From Squalus acanthias (Eukaryota): a stretch of 64,000 bases of DNA. Under the pieces are notes generated by a model. It was given only the letters and a program-made list of their open reading frames with translations. It did not search any database and had not been told where the DNA came from. Shown in pieces: positions 1 to 14,141 of this stretch (its first letter is position 1; every line of letters begins with the position of its first letter). The stretch is from the NCBI GenBank assembly GCA_030390025.1, contig CM059446.1, forward strand, positions 38,378,001-38,442,000. The letters are read 5' to 3'. A program made the translations under genes and the position numbers.

Positions 1-3000
1 CCATCTGTGGAGGGCTATTGCAAAAATGTTTGAACTGATAACAAGGTGAATTTTGATCAGGTTCGAATTTCGCCTAAAATCAGCAGGATGTGTTTGTAGG
101 GTCTATCTTGACAGCTATGCCACAATGTTGACATTTAAAAGTGGCTGGTATATTTTTTGGACCATTGGAGAGGGAAGCGGGTAGGGGACGTAAACGATAG
201 TCTGTCAAATAAATGCCAGGAGCGTCATAAGTGGCTTAAATATTTGGTTCGATTGCATTGCAGATATACATTCGTTTGTTTAATGCTTTCTAAAGATATG
301 GCACGCCTTTTGCTACACATGTGCTTTGCGTTAGTTCGAAATGAATGGAGTTATTAAGTAGCACCAAATACAAAAAATATGCGATCAACTAGTGGGAAAA
401 TTTAGATTCGTAACCAATTAGTTGTGAAATAAACAATAAAAAAAACTTTATTTTTTTACATGCACCGCTGTGGAATCATTGAAAAGGCTTAATACATATA
501 AGTGGAAACGGTGCATGGAGCTCCAGTAATAATACATTCACAAGTGGAACTTGTCTAACATGCTGTTCAACAGGTGCTTTGCAGAAACTCGTCATGTTCT
601 GAGCACCTCTGACGTACCCCAGCTGCATGCTTCGAAGACAGTTGAAGTCTCTTTTAAACGAAGAATTTCTATTATATTGCAGCCGCCGATTGTGTTAAAA
701 TAAACTTCAACGTCTATTAATGAAACATAATTTCAAAGTTATGCTCTTTGATAAAGCCAATTTCATCGCCTTAGCACAACATTAAAATATAGATGACAAT
801 AAGCCGTTTGGTGGGGACACTGACTATTTCACAGCGTCGCCTCTTTTGTGAATACTATTTTACTGGACTCCAAAGTAATACGTTTGTGTAGCGCGTAACA
901 ATACAAGGACAAGTTATCATACTGTGTTCAGAAACTTCATGCAATAAATCAAAGAACACAGCGCATATAGGTTGGTAGAGTGTAATTCGGCTGTATATAG
1001 GAGTTTATGGGAGAGTATTTTAAATAGGAGAGTATTTTAATAATAGTCAACATCATAAATATTCCAAATAACATGGTTGCATTCATTGTAGAGATTTTAG
1101 TGTGAACATTATATCAGTTGACCATAAAATATATAGAGAAACCCCTCCCCTGACCTGCATGATAACTTTCGTGTTTTAATCATCAGTGTGCAAAATGATT
1201 TCCCATGCCGTCATCCAATTGACCTTACCGTCAAGGATTTTTTGAAAGATATATCAATAGGACAAATGACTTAAGAAAACTTCAAGAAAAAAAACGTACT
1301 AAGCTCCCATAATCATAATCGCATACTTATCATCTACAAATGAAATAAAAGGCACCAAAAGTTGCGAATTAGTTCTCGAAAGACTTTATTCCATTATAAG
1401 TAGCGGAAGACTGTACAGTTCACGTGAAACGTACATCATTTGACAAGATAACAATTATATAATAAATACAATTATTGTGTTACACTGCTGAATTATTTTC
1501 AAGCATTTGGTCAAAGCATTCCCTTTATTTTAATGAAAAACATTATATTTATATATATTTGATTTTTGCTTTTAAACCTTGTAACGATTCATTTAAATAT
1601 AGCGCCAGTATTGAATTATAATACTTAAAATAAGTACGCAATAAAATGATCAAATATATTTTCTCAGCACGTTACCTTTTTGCACATTAATGAGGTAAAA
1701 TTATCGAGAATGAGACATAATTTCACGGAGAAAATATGTAACACCCCGTTTGTCCATTTTCTTGAAATCTGTAAAGAAAACAACGTGTTTTATAACCTGA
1801 AATCACCTTTGAAAAAGAAGCAAAACGCAAAGAACAAATTGATTTGCTCTGGACGTTATTATATTGATGCAGCGACGGTGACAACCTGACAATTGTAAAG
1901 ATTATAAGGAAACAGGAAATTAGAAAATTCAGAGAGAGCTATAAGCGTCAATGAAATTTACGTTCAGAACACAGACCATAAAGGATCACAAGTAGATGGA
2001 TTATTAATTTATGACAACGGCCCCCGTCCTTGGAACATAACTGCAATTTGTTTAAACGCAGCAAATACAAATTTACTTTGAATATAAGAAATAGTTTTGG
2101 TGCAAACTATTTTATTTGCGCGTTAGCAAGTATTTAATCAATTTTGCACAATAAATTTCCCGCATTTACTTCTTCACTAACTTTTTTTCTAAATAGCATA
2201 TAATTTAATTGTAATGATCAAAAGTAATCAGTCAGCACCGTTGGCTCCAAATTGCACATCCCCCCCCCCCCCCCCATTTTAATGTGTAAAAGAGTTATAT
2301 GCGAATTAGTTGTTTTTCTCACTTTTTCAAAAATGAGAAAAGTCTTTTGATTACCCCTTACATTTATCTCAATGTGAAACGTTCAAAAGTTTAATAGTAG
2401 GTTGTAATGGTGCATACGCTCAGAGTTTATTGCCTGATACCCGTTTGGGACGGTTAGATTGGTGCTCACTGTTATATCAGCTCTTTTCAATTACAATCTA
2501 TCATTTCCCTAAACGTCGTGGAGAAAACATAGTTTCATTGATTAGCATTTTCGCCTTTTCCTGGTTTATTTATCAGGACCTCGGACGAATCCGTGGTACG
2601 ACTTCACTTATTACATTTAAGAGATTTTGATGCTGAAATGTCACTTTTAATTTCACAAGACAAACAACATTCTCGACGTATAATATTAAACGAAACAGAT
2701 ACACCAATGAATGCGTTTCAGTTCATTTTGTACTGGCAAACTGCAAGCAAAATGTAGATATCGCCTTCTCACTTTTAATTTATAACGCCACGTCCATATT
2801 TTAAATTGAAAATAAAAACTTGACATTTTTTAATTTCCAAAGCATGCATGTAATTCAGCGAAGGTTGTTTGATAAGACGCCGTAGGTATATCTAATTTAA
2901 TTTTGCAACCAGTAGGGTTTTAAATAATACCAGACGATGCAATCTATTGTTTTTACAATTATAGGTACGTTGATTTTCGTTGCCAAGAATTTAATTTTGA

Positions 3001-6000
3001 AATTTGGTATTACCTTCGACAGATATCACCTAGACAAAGAACTGAGCTTTACAGCACATCATTTTGTTCAGGAACCAGCGCCTCCTAGTACCTGACTGGG
3101 TATTAACGCGAATAGGTTCTCCTAAAGACCCATCACAATACCATATAAAATAAAACAAATAACATGAGCATAAGGCTGGGGTTTTAAGGAAAATGGATGT
3201 GCGACAATTTTATATCAGTCAGTATCGGTCTAATGTAAAATGCTAACTTCGTGATTATACCGCAAAATGAAACGCATGGGTGGCTTTGTGTGATAATAAA
3301 TGCGAACTCATACTGAAATCAAACAATTCTTCAATGCGAGAAATTATACTCATAGCTTAAAGTGTTTTACATTTATTGATGGTTACTACTGCCCGATTGA
3401 CGAAGTTGAACAACATAAATATTAAATGATACCAGCTATAAGCTGGAAAGGCCTTCCTTATCATATGGGTTTGTTTACAAGTATTCCAAATATCTTATTT
3501 TAACTCAGATTTAATACATTCAGAACAGTTTATGAACACAATTGTATTTAACTATAGCTCCAATTATTTGACAATCTTGTTGTCACATAACTTTCACCTG
3601 CACCACTTTGCTCACATTCTCCCGTATAAGTCTTTTTTTTAAATAAAATATAACAAGCAACGACGTAGAAACAGGGTGTCAACAGCGAGATAAAACGCCA
3701 GGTACTAAAAGATTATTTTTTTCGGGGGATAATTAATGTATTGTGGTTATTTCGCTACTATTCTATAATTAAATACTTACGCTTTTGCTAAACTTTTAGT
3801 AATAAAAATAATTTCACAATGAAACGACCGACATGTTATATTTTTCAATGCAGGGCCTGTTTTACAGTTTAATTTGTGTTTTCTCCAACACGTTATAGCT
3901 GAGATAATTTGTTTGTCTTAAAAGGCAAAAAAAAAATGTAAAAGCAATCATTACACGTAAAGGCTGTGCAGTTATATTGAATAGACGAGCGCAGTTTCTA
4001 ATCTCTGGTATTTATTCAAACAAAGCAAAGTTAAAATCATAATCTGACTAAGCTCAGAGACTCCATAGTTTGTCAGATACTCCGCAATCGAACAAAAAGA
4101 CAAGATCAAATTAAGGAAACCGCTTTGTGCAAAATATCGCTTTCTCCGCAAAGGTTTGTTCCCAACTATTGCTATAAAATAATATTTGGAACTTTTAATC
4201 TGCGGAACTCTTTACTGCAGCGATCACTGGTTGGAATTGCAATAGTTAAATTATGTGGCGTTCAACACAATTTTATTTTACAAAGATGTGCAAAATACAT
4301 GTGGGATTTTATCACATTTTATGGACCCCAAACAAATGCAGTAATGTAAGATTCTTTTGTGCCTGATTGTACTGCACCATCTTGAAAGTACAGCAGGAAA
4401 ACCACAGATATTAGCGCCACCCCGCTGTCATTCGTGGGATGTGCACTCCAAAAGCAGGGAGCAGATCAAACAGTCTCTCAAACATGACACACACATCGTT
4501 ACCCTTTGTAACTTTTCATTAAATTATTGAACCTTTTATTAGACACCAACAGCAGCATCCTTTTTGACGTGCTGATCCCGAACTGCTCACATTAAAATAT
4601 TCCTTTGCTCGAAGTCTTAGTACTTTAACTGTTAATGACAAAGTTATATAATCCCAATTAATTCCATTAACAATCCATAATAAAAGATGTAAAAGTGAAT
4701 GCTTTTTTAAAAAATCAGAAATATATTTCCCGAAGTATTATGTTTATTAAAGCATATATTCAATCTATTCCTCAATACAAATTGAAGGATGATTGATGCA
4801 AAAATGTTTGATAAATATACCAACAATTTCTTTCTCACATCTGACTATTGTAGTGGGTCGCAATTTTTATGGCTACTTTTATACTATGAGTGTAAGGGTG
4901 AATTCTACTGCTGTTAAACTTCCTGCCACAAAATGCAAAGCAAGACTGAGGAGTTTGTATTACATCTGTGTCATAGTGTTACACCGATGCAAAACATGTA
5001 GCCAGAGGGGCTGCTAATGATTACAGTATAAAACCCGGCTCCAACAGAACAGGCAGCCTAGAAACTGGCCATTATTAATTCAGTGGTCAGGCACTTATCC
5101 AACTCTCCCTGGACTATAAAACAAGAAACACATAGCACTCCAACATAAAGATTTTTAAAATATGATGCTTTATGTCTCAACGCTAATTATAAACTTTTTT
5201 CTCTTCTTTTCAAGCCGGTTCCACTCTTTATACAGCTGATTTCCTCTCCGGCACCATGCTACAAGACGATTAGCAGCAAATTATCCCTACGTTTTTGCTA
5301 TTACATTACAAATTTATTTTATGTGACGCGCCGTCAGACCTTTCCAGCCGCATTTCACTGAATGAGTAATTGTGGAGATCCAGATGGAATAGATTTTCTA
5401 CATTTGGCAAGACATTTGTCATTTTTAAAGTACCAGATACAGAATATAAGTCAGGCCTTTTTTGTGCATCAAGTTTCCTAATAATTCAGATGATATTTAA
5501 TACAGTAGAATACAGCGATTTTTTTGACAATGCAAAATTTTAAAAAGGTAGAACTAAATTCACTGCAATATCGACACTTATTAAAGTTGGGACTTATTAA
5601 ATCTAGCCGGACGTGGCTATACAGGTTGTAAATCATCGCACATCGTTTTATTGAAAAGGAGCATTTGAATTCTTTTCTAAGTGTTGGAGAGTGTGGAAAC
5701 ATTTGCAATTACGAACAGAGGGCGGAACTACTTTTTGGGCATATTTTTAGGTGTTATTTATCTCAGAGGGAATGACAATTCTGTTCCAGTTCTTCATTAG
5801 ACTGATAAAACCACTTTGCTGTATTAGTGAAAATTTTACTGCAGCTAGTTTTAGATTTGACTTTGGAATACTTTCTGGAAACAATCTATGTCTAATTCGT
5901 ACAGTATTTCATGAAATAATCCAGTGAATGTGAACTAACTGGACCACTGCAAATATGCATAAGAATCACTGCATCCAAACAGACTACAACAGCATATAGC

Positions 6001-9000
6001 ATCAAGTCACTGCGTCCATTTCGGAAGACATATTTATAAAATACATCGCTGAATCAAATCAGTTCTCCACCTTACAGGTTCTGAAACTGCAAGGTTTAGA
6101 ACTTTTGCATTACCGTTTCTTTATGTTATATCAAAGATGTTGCAAATTTCCCCACAGCCCCCAATTGTTATTATGTTCGCGATGATTAATAAGCACAGTG
6201 CCATCGTATCTAGTTCTAAAATAAACATGCAAGCATGTTAGTTTATTAATATATTGAACAATGTACTGTAATAATATGAAATATTAATCGTGCATTACAA
6301 TAGCACCTCGATCTTAGTGATTTGTCCCGTTTCCATTCAAATGAATGCAGTGTGTTCGATATTTTAATAAGTCTTGGTTTATGTTTGATTGTCCTGATAT
6401 TGTAATAAATGCAATTGTTCAGAGTCACGTGCTAGGCCGGGATTCCAACCTCAGATCCGATTTAATCTACTCACTCTGAGCTTGCTTTAATCGGCGGATC
6501 TTCGGGGGAGAGAGAAAAAAAAACAGAAATTAAAAAAAAACACGGGCCTTATTAAAAAAAAACGCACAAAGCATTGAGGTGTGTGTGTGTATGTGTGTGT
6601 CTATGGAGCGCCACACTGGAAAGGGATCGGAGGTGTGGGGTCAATCCAAAGGACATCCAGAAGAGATAGAACCGATATTCCAGATATACATACAATATGT
6701 ATATCCATATATAAATATATCATTGCACAGGAAAAAATATAATACATGCAGTATTATATTAAGATCAATATAGGCTGGGATATTAAATATATCTCCACTA
6801 TCATTGATTGTACTGCAACTATATAGGCCAGTCTACTTGGCTAGCTGTTCAGCACAGTCAATTCATTAAAGCAAATAACCTGCCCTGCCTATTTCCCTGA
6901 TATATCTGCAATAATCTAATACCCAGTAAATGAAATTGTTTTTAAATGCTCGGCAGATACATGTTATTCCACCAATTTCAAATCCAACCCGGTTAATTAT
7001 TTTTTCTTAAATGTATATAAAAAACGAATCATAATACTTAAAAAAAAATACTGGCTGAAATTATTTATTAACACTTGCAATAAATAGTCCCACTTATCCG
7101 CGTCCACGGAATGGCGGCAGTTGATAATCTGGCACAAAGCAGCCATTTTTTAATCGCTTAGAAGTCGTGCCTGGGTGAAGTATTGATACAATAAAATGAT
7201 CTGCCTAACAAGTGAATCAGATTTTTATTGCCAAATAAATAACTCCAAATAAACACATAAATAGCACGCTACTCGAGCCTTATAGCCAGCGTGTCAAACT
7301 AAAACGACGATAAGTAATACTGGGGATTAAATGTTTTAAATATTACCCTATAGTATTACATTTAAATCGACTCCTAGCCAGAAAGGGCCATGCTATGATT
7401 TCAATGATTTTGTGTGCTTCTTTCCTATTATCCGATACCTATCCGATACTATAATGGTAAATTTTTGGAATAAGTATCGGTTAAGTGTAGCAAATTAATT
7501 GGGTACTTCATTGTAACATAACCCTGTTTTTATAATTCGGGAGAATAGGAGATATCATTTCAGCCTCATTTGATTGTTGCATTTAACATACAATTTTCAA
7601 TTAGTAAGCAGAAGTATGAAACTTATTTAATTGTGATTCTACCATCATGCCACCAGCAGATATATTTCCACACTTGCACGGCTTGTCACACTTTCAAATA
7701 AATATTCTGCATATTTTGGCAAAGATTTTTCTGAAGATTATTTTCTGTGCAATCTGCAAAAGGAAAATCCGCGAAGACTTCAGTGTGATGTTTTTTTTTA
7801 AATGTTTTACAGATTCTGCATGTTATTGGAAGGCAGTAAACAGATGTGGTTGAAGAATATGTCATCAATATACAAAATGTGTGAGTCACTCTGTAAATAA
7901 ATTATTGCTGGCCACTGATTTAATAACCAAATTTGAAGGGATGCTACAAGGATTAACTACTTGCTATATCGCCATATGACGCCTTATTCTGTCTCCCCGC
8001 CTAATGATATTAGAAGTTTAGATTTTCTGCTGTATCTGATGTATAGATTCTCTTCACATTGCTTTCTGGACAATTAGTAGCAATTTAACATTTTCATCAG
8101 ACCATATTTACCGAGATGGACAAACGAATCAGCCCAGTCCACCCACTGTTTTTTTAATTCAAAGGTTTGAAGAGTGCTGCAGACTGTTGTCATGTTTTAA
8201 AGGTTATGCTTTTTTGTAATAAATAAATTTGTTTCGATCAAACAGGACATTATTTAGACCAATGCACGTTAGCACAGCCGAGTTATCCTGACTGCTGAAA
8301 TGTCTCATGCAGCCAGATGAAGTGCATCTAATACAGTCCATTGCACCAGCAAGTCGCCCTGAAATGCGTTTTATGTCATGATTGTTACAAGCATTTCTGC
8401 GTTTAAATGCATTTCGGCGATCTATGCCTTTGAAATTGTTTACTGTTCAAGTGTGTTCTGCATAAGTTATGTTTTTTGACATGGCAAAATATTCCTTTCA
8501 TAATGTGAACGTGCATTGTGCGCCATTTGTGTCGCTGAAATGTCCCAATATATTTCCGTTTAAAGGAACTGAACTCTTCAGGTTGTGAGAGACGAAAACG
8601 TCAAGGCAGTATTTAGCAGGCATTCCAATTTTCTTATTTCTTGAATACTTTGCGGTGCTATGCTTTATAGTAATAGGACAGTAAATTGCCAGTGACCCTG
8701 AACTATCGCTGGGTCTGCTTGAAAAGCTTTGCTCCCAAACCCAGACAAAGGTTTCATGCACACAAATACAACCTATTTAAAGGCGAATCACAATACTCGG
8801 CAGATTGAATTCCTCATATATATATAAGGTCTCATAGGGGTTGCAACTTCCATTTAAATTTAATTTCTGTAGAAAGTTTGTTTCGCACAAGCACGTTTAT
8901 ACTCCTAATACGAGTGTTGATAAGGTAAATAAAATAGGCTCCTGCTCGTTTCTGATTTATATGGAAGATTCGCCAAATTCGTGCGAATTGAAAGTTTTTT

Positions 9001-11134
9001 TTGTTTGATTTTCAAGCAATGAGGAACATAAATGGGCACATTTGGAATTTTTTTTTATAAACTTAGATGGGCAGAATTTAGAGAAGGCGGTGGGACTAGG
9101 ATGAAACAATAGTTGTTCATAGAACGAGGGAACTTTGCAAATCTTATTTACTGTTTTCCAATAGAAAAGTGTCAGAATGCGCCAAAGGGCTTAAAGGCTT
9201 AACGCTGGCAGTAAGTTCATCATCAGAGCGTGCTATTCTTTCGGGCTTTTTAACCATCCTTTGAGACGATTCAAACCACTCTCTCCCCGGCTTGATCCCG
9301 AAAGAAAAAACCAAAGGACCAGAGGTCGAAGTTTAACAGTATTCTCTTGACTTCCAGGTGTTCAACATGCCGTATTCAAGCATCAGCACGGCTATACTGC
9401 ACCTAGGGTTTTTAAATAAATATATTGGAACGTACATTGATCGAGACGAGTATCGGGTGAACCAGCTATGTAAATGTCTATGTAAACAAATACATATCTA
9501 ACTTTATAGGTACTGTACCACTCACTGTAATGGACAGGCGCGCAGAATGAACTGGCGTTTTAGATAGTGGAGATTTTAGTCTTGTAATCGTTTCTTATCT
9601 AAAGGTTGGGCTGATGATGCCACTAACAAAAAACAAAACATACATTTGTGTCATTAAGTTTTTCATAATAGGAAACCACCAGTCTGCTTTAATAGTCCCG
9701 CAGCAAATATACTGGTTGCAACATTATCTATACAAGAGGAGTATCAATCAAATCAATCAGTGTTGACAAATTAGAAATATTTGAAGGAACGCGTTAATTT
9801 ACAACTTCGTTATTAGTTAAAAATCACCAGCATTGTAGTGGCAATTAATAACACTCTGAGTGGGACACTCAAAGACGGATGAATCCTCCTGTACCGGTAG
9901 TGATAAGCACAGCTGTCCCACAATGATGGCGAATGATAGAAAGATTGGAAAAGGGCGGGGGTGGGTAGGCGGTGGTGGGGGGGTGGGGGGACGACTGAGA
10001 GAAAGCGTTAATAATGAAACCTTCGCAGGTAGGAAAGGATGGAGCAGAAAGATGAAGAGAGAGAAAAAAAGAAGAGGGGAAGAAAAGCAAATAAATGCTA
10101 ATTGCAATACCGCACGACCCAGCGGATGGTCGACACGCTGTCCACAGAGCATTTTGTGGTTGCAAGCACGGCGCGCTACAATAGCTTCCAAACCTACAGA
10201 ACGAACCGACAGTCGCTGCCAATAACTTAATGATAAGGTTGAAAATCAAACTGAAACCCGCCACCCCAAAAAAAGACTCACTTACAAGCATAACACACAC
10301 AAATTCATCACAGTACGGGAATGACCAGTGTACCAGTCATTGTTTAATGGGATCCTGATATTTCCATTTAGCATCGGAGAGTTTTGCAGGTCAGATGCGC
10401 TAATGTTAAACTTTCTCTCTCTCTCTCTCCCCACTCATTCCTTCTCGCGCATGCACAACATTTATAGGCCCTTCCCCCAACCCCAATTGCTGACAGTTCG
10501 ACATAAACTTCAGTTTAAATATTCTTTTTCGTGTGTGTGTGTCGCTGTTGGCCTCCTTCACAAACATCCTTTTTTTTAAATGACCAGTTATGTATTTGTT
10601 TTCCATCTCCCTCTACCTCTCTCTCCCTCTCACCCCCCAGTCCTCCGTCCCATTTCTACCCACTTGGCTCAAATCACAGCAGGTCCTAACTACTTGAAAT
10701 TCACCAAAATAATGATCGTCTCAGAACGATAAATCATCGCCTCCGTGTAAACCTTGAAGGAGCTTTTTAGAAAATAGCTTGCTTACTGTGTTATGTGTGT
10801 GCAGAGCTCCGTGTCCATTCCGATCGCTTCCACGATCCTTCCTGTGAACTGCCAGTTCCGCACTTTACACTGGAATCTTTTTTGTTTAAAGTTATACTTT
10901 TTATCGGTTGCAACTTTTTTCTACTTTATTTTTTTTGTTGTTGTTGAACGCACACTTGGTTTACTAAGTCGTAGCGTGCGGCACAAAAGGAGCTACGGAA
11001 TGAGATTTATGGGTTTCCAAATGAAAAGATTCATTCGACATGAGAGGTTAACACAAAGTTCGTATGACCGTGACTTGCATTGGCAAAAAGCAGCGCCGAC
11101 TCAGCACAAAGGCAGTTCAAAGGAACCCTTTAAA

Positions 11135-11188
11135 ACACACGCAGACACACACACACACATACAGACACACACAGACACACGCATACAT
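11135..11188. repeat. Imperfect (CA)n/(CAGA) microsatellite
   Basis: Read directly from the sequence. Confidence 0.85.
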
Positions 11189-13791
11189 GCACCAGTCCAA
11201 ACTGCGGTTTTCATATTCCTGTTATAGTTTCCAAGCCCGGGCATCCTTTTGTTCGTCACTGGAGTTGGGTTTTTTCTCCCCTCTCTCTCTCTCTCTCTCC
11301 CTCAATCTGAACTTTGTCACTTTGGTGTCGAGTATACCTCGTCTATTACACAGGGCAACAAAAAATCAAGACACTGAGCTATAGAGAGGAAGGGCCGGGT
11401 GTGATGAGAGGACGAAATATAGTTCGGGGAAGGGAGGGGGGGGGGGGGAGGAAAGAAATAGAAAAAAGGGAGGGAATAAACAAAAAGGAATAAAGGAAAG
11501 GGGAAGAAAAGAGATTTTAAAAATAAATGAGGAAAAAAGGGGGTGATTGAATGGGTTGGTGTGTCTCTACCAGTAATAAAAAGAAAAAAGAGGCAGAAAA
11601 AAGTATGGAAATAAGACTCGTGTTTTGTGATTGGGGAAAAGCTTTTAAAATAAGCACAGAGCAGATGCATCTGTGTGAGTTGTCAATCTGTAGGGTCGTG
11701 CAATGGGAATGCTAATGAGACAAAATTAACCCGTCCTTTCGTTACATTGGAAGGGATCGATGGTTGACCCAGGGCTCCCAGGACGTCTTATTTATGCTGC
11801 ATAGCAATGATATAATCAGCCTCATCTTTAGCAAGGAACTACTCACAAACCAACAACTTTTGTTAACAACCAAGGTTGTATTTGCCGAGCATTCACATCA
11901 TCTCGTATATCAATTACAAACAGGCATAAAATGATTGTTTGATTGCAAACCCCATCAAAACCCGAGTGCCTATTTAATTATTGACTCTGTGTTATTTTAC
12001 TGCAATGTTATGTACAACTGCAGAAACTTGGAGGAACAGCTTTTATCTGCTAGCTTTGTGTTGATGAAAAGTCTTGCGTGCTCAGATACCAGTTGCGGAG
12101 TTTGCGAGGATGGTGTAGAATGGGAACTCTGCTCAACGCTAAAGTTACAAAACTGGCATTCATTAGTAATGTACTCGAGTTAGTGCACTTGTCTGTGTGT
12201 TGACACCGGTTCCTGTAAAAACGATTGCTGGTGTTTAATAGCAATCAATCCACAATGGAGTGCTCCTCCCCAACAGAGGAATGGAAATAGAAGTACCCGT
12301 GGAAATAAAAACAAAAAAAGGCAAGCATTTCTAATAAAGTATGGATGGTTTGTTTAAAGACTTGTTTGTTGAGTATGGTAGATGTAATCCCCTTATGACC
12401 TTCGAATTACATTCATGTGTGCGGAGTTGTGCAAGATTCTACACGTGTGTATGTATCTATTTCACACTTTTCCACACCTTGAGAAACTAACGTTGCATTT
12501 TTCAGAGAGGAGCTTGATCCGGTCCCAGGGGGGAAAGCAGGGATGTCCCATCATAAAGTTGGAGCAAAATGTGCTATAACAGAATTTCTTTCTTTAGGCC
12601 TTTATCTGTGATCAAATATTAGCATCTGAGCAATTTACATAGCCCTCAAACTTTTAATAATCCAGTTGTGAGTATAAGTGCCAGAATACAATTATGGAGA
12701 TGTTTGTCTCAACCTTTTCCGTTGTGGATGGCGAGGATTGGCGTAATATGTATTACACTGAACCTTCCGAGATCTGTGTATAACAGGTGGGTAATCTAGG
12801 ACGGGTTTTAATAAAGCTGGAGATAAGTAATGATGGGAAACAGAGAAAAACATGTAAAGAGGTTAACTTCTCTCTGGATGCAGGTATTAAAATAATATAG
12901 CCTTTCCCCACTTTGAATCATTCCTGCTCTTGTCGTGTTTAACTTGTGGTTGAAACTCGAAGTAGGTCCTTAAGTGACAATTCTGTGAATAACGGGTAGA
13001 TGGCACAATTTTCTAACATTTAGAGAGCACACACGCTGAGCTCTAAGTCCATTTAGAAGCACTTTCTTTGTGTGCACAGAGATAACTTGACAGACAAGCA
13101 GAACAGAGACATCTCAATGAAGCCTGTAAAAGTTTACACAAAAGAATTCGCAAATCACGCGTTTATGAAGAAAAATTGGAGCAGTAAAGATTGTAGAGAA
13201 GGGAAACATTATTCCGTGGGGTTGTCAATAAATTAATTCCCCTCCGAAGAAATGTCAATTTGAACTGAAAATAAATAGTGTCGAAGCTTTGAGTTTTGGA
13301 GGACTGGGCCGCGTAGAACAGTCTGCTTGAGTTGAAGGCGAATCCCTGATGGTGAATCCATCATTAGCATTTGTTTCCTGTTAGGCGGCAGCTCCAGTAA
13401 ATTTATCTCGTTTTTGTAGCGTCTTAATAGACATTTATTAAATGCTTTCAGAGAGAGCGTGGGGTGCCTGATTACATAAACTTAGAAACGGAGCAGTATA
13501 GGGGCAAGTTAGTAGTGGTCTGGTTATCATACTTTTAAAAAGTGCTTCATCGCCTCAAACTTATATATATTCAAAAAATGGAAATGAATGCCAATATAAC
13601 AGCCTTTTTTTTGGCACGTCAAGATAATCGTTTTCAATCACATACCTTAGCTGAGATAGTGTGTAAGTGCTCTGATAAAACGCAGAGCGCCCAATGTTTC
13701 TTTCCGAATGCGGTTAACATTTCACAGGTTATATAGGTATGAAAATATTCTTACTGCAAACTTCAGCTTGGTCTGCACAGAAAGCAGAGTA

Positions 13792-13818
13792 CGCGCGCGT
13801 GTGTGTGTGTGTGTGTGT
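13792..13818. repeat. (CG)4(TG)n alternating purine-pyrimidine tract
   Basis: cgcgcgcgtgtgtg..., a Z-DNA-prone composition. Confidence 0.9.
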
Positions 13819-14118
13819 TAACAATGTAATCAGTAACAGCTCTCTTGTCGTCAAGAGATTTATGCCATCTCCTCTGAAAAGGTAAAACTGGTTAAGATGG
13901 ACAACCTCCTGGGGAGAAAAAAAAAGGGAAAAACAAAAATAAAACGTGTGTAAAACGTATTTAAACCTAGCTAGTGGTATGTTGTTACTCGCTGTATCCC
14001 GAAACAGTGGAGAATTGCACTTTATTTAAAATCCAGACAGCTGGTTGTTCATGTTTTCGTGCCTCTTGTAATGTCAGTATTTTACAAAACCGCTTTAAAG
14101 TCAACATATATTACCACT

Positions 14119-14141
14119 GTGTGTGTGTGTGTGTGTGTGTG
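14119..14141. repeat. (GT)n microsatellite
   Basis: Read directly from the sequence. Confidence 0.9.

Noticed and set aside
1010-7480. Short local duplications and AT-rich palindromes (1010-1040, 2089-2112, 7430-7480)
   Set aside because: Consistent with slippage or chance in AT-rich DNA.
9817-11670. Several 100-144 aa ORFs
   Set aside because: They run through G, purine and CA low-complexity tracts; biased composition and no domain.
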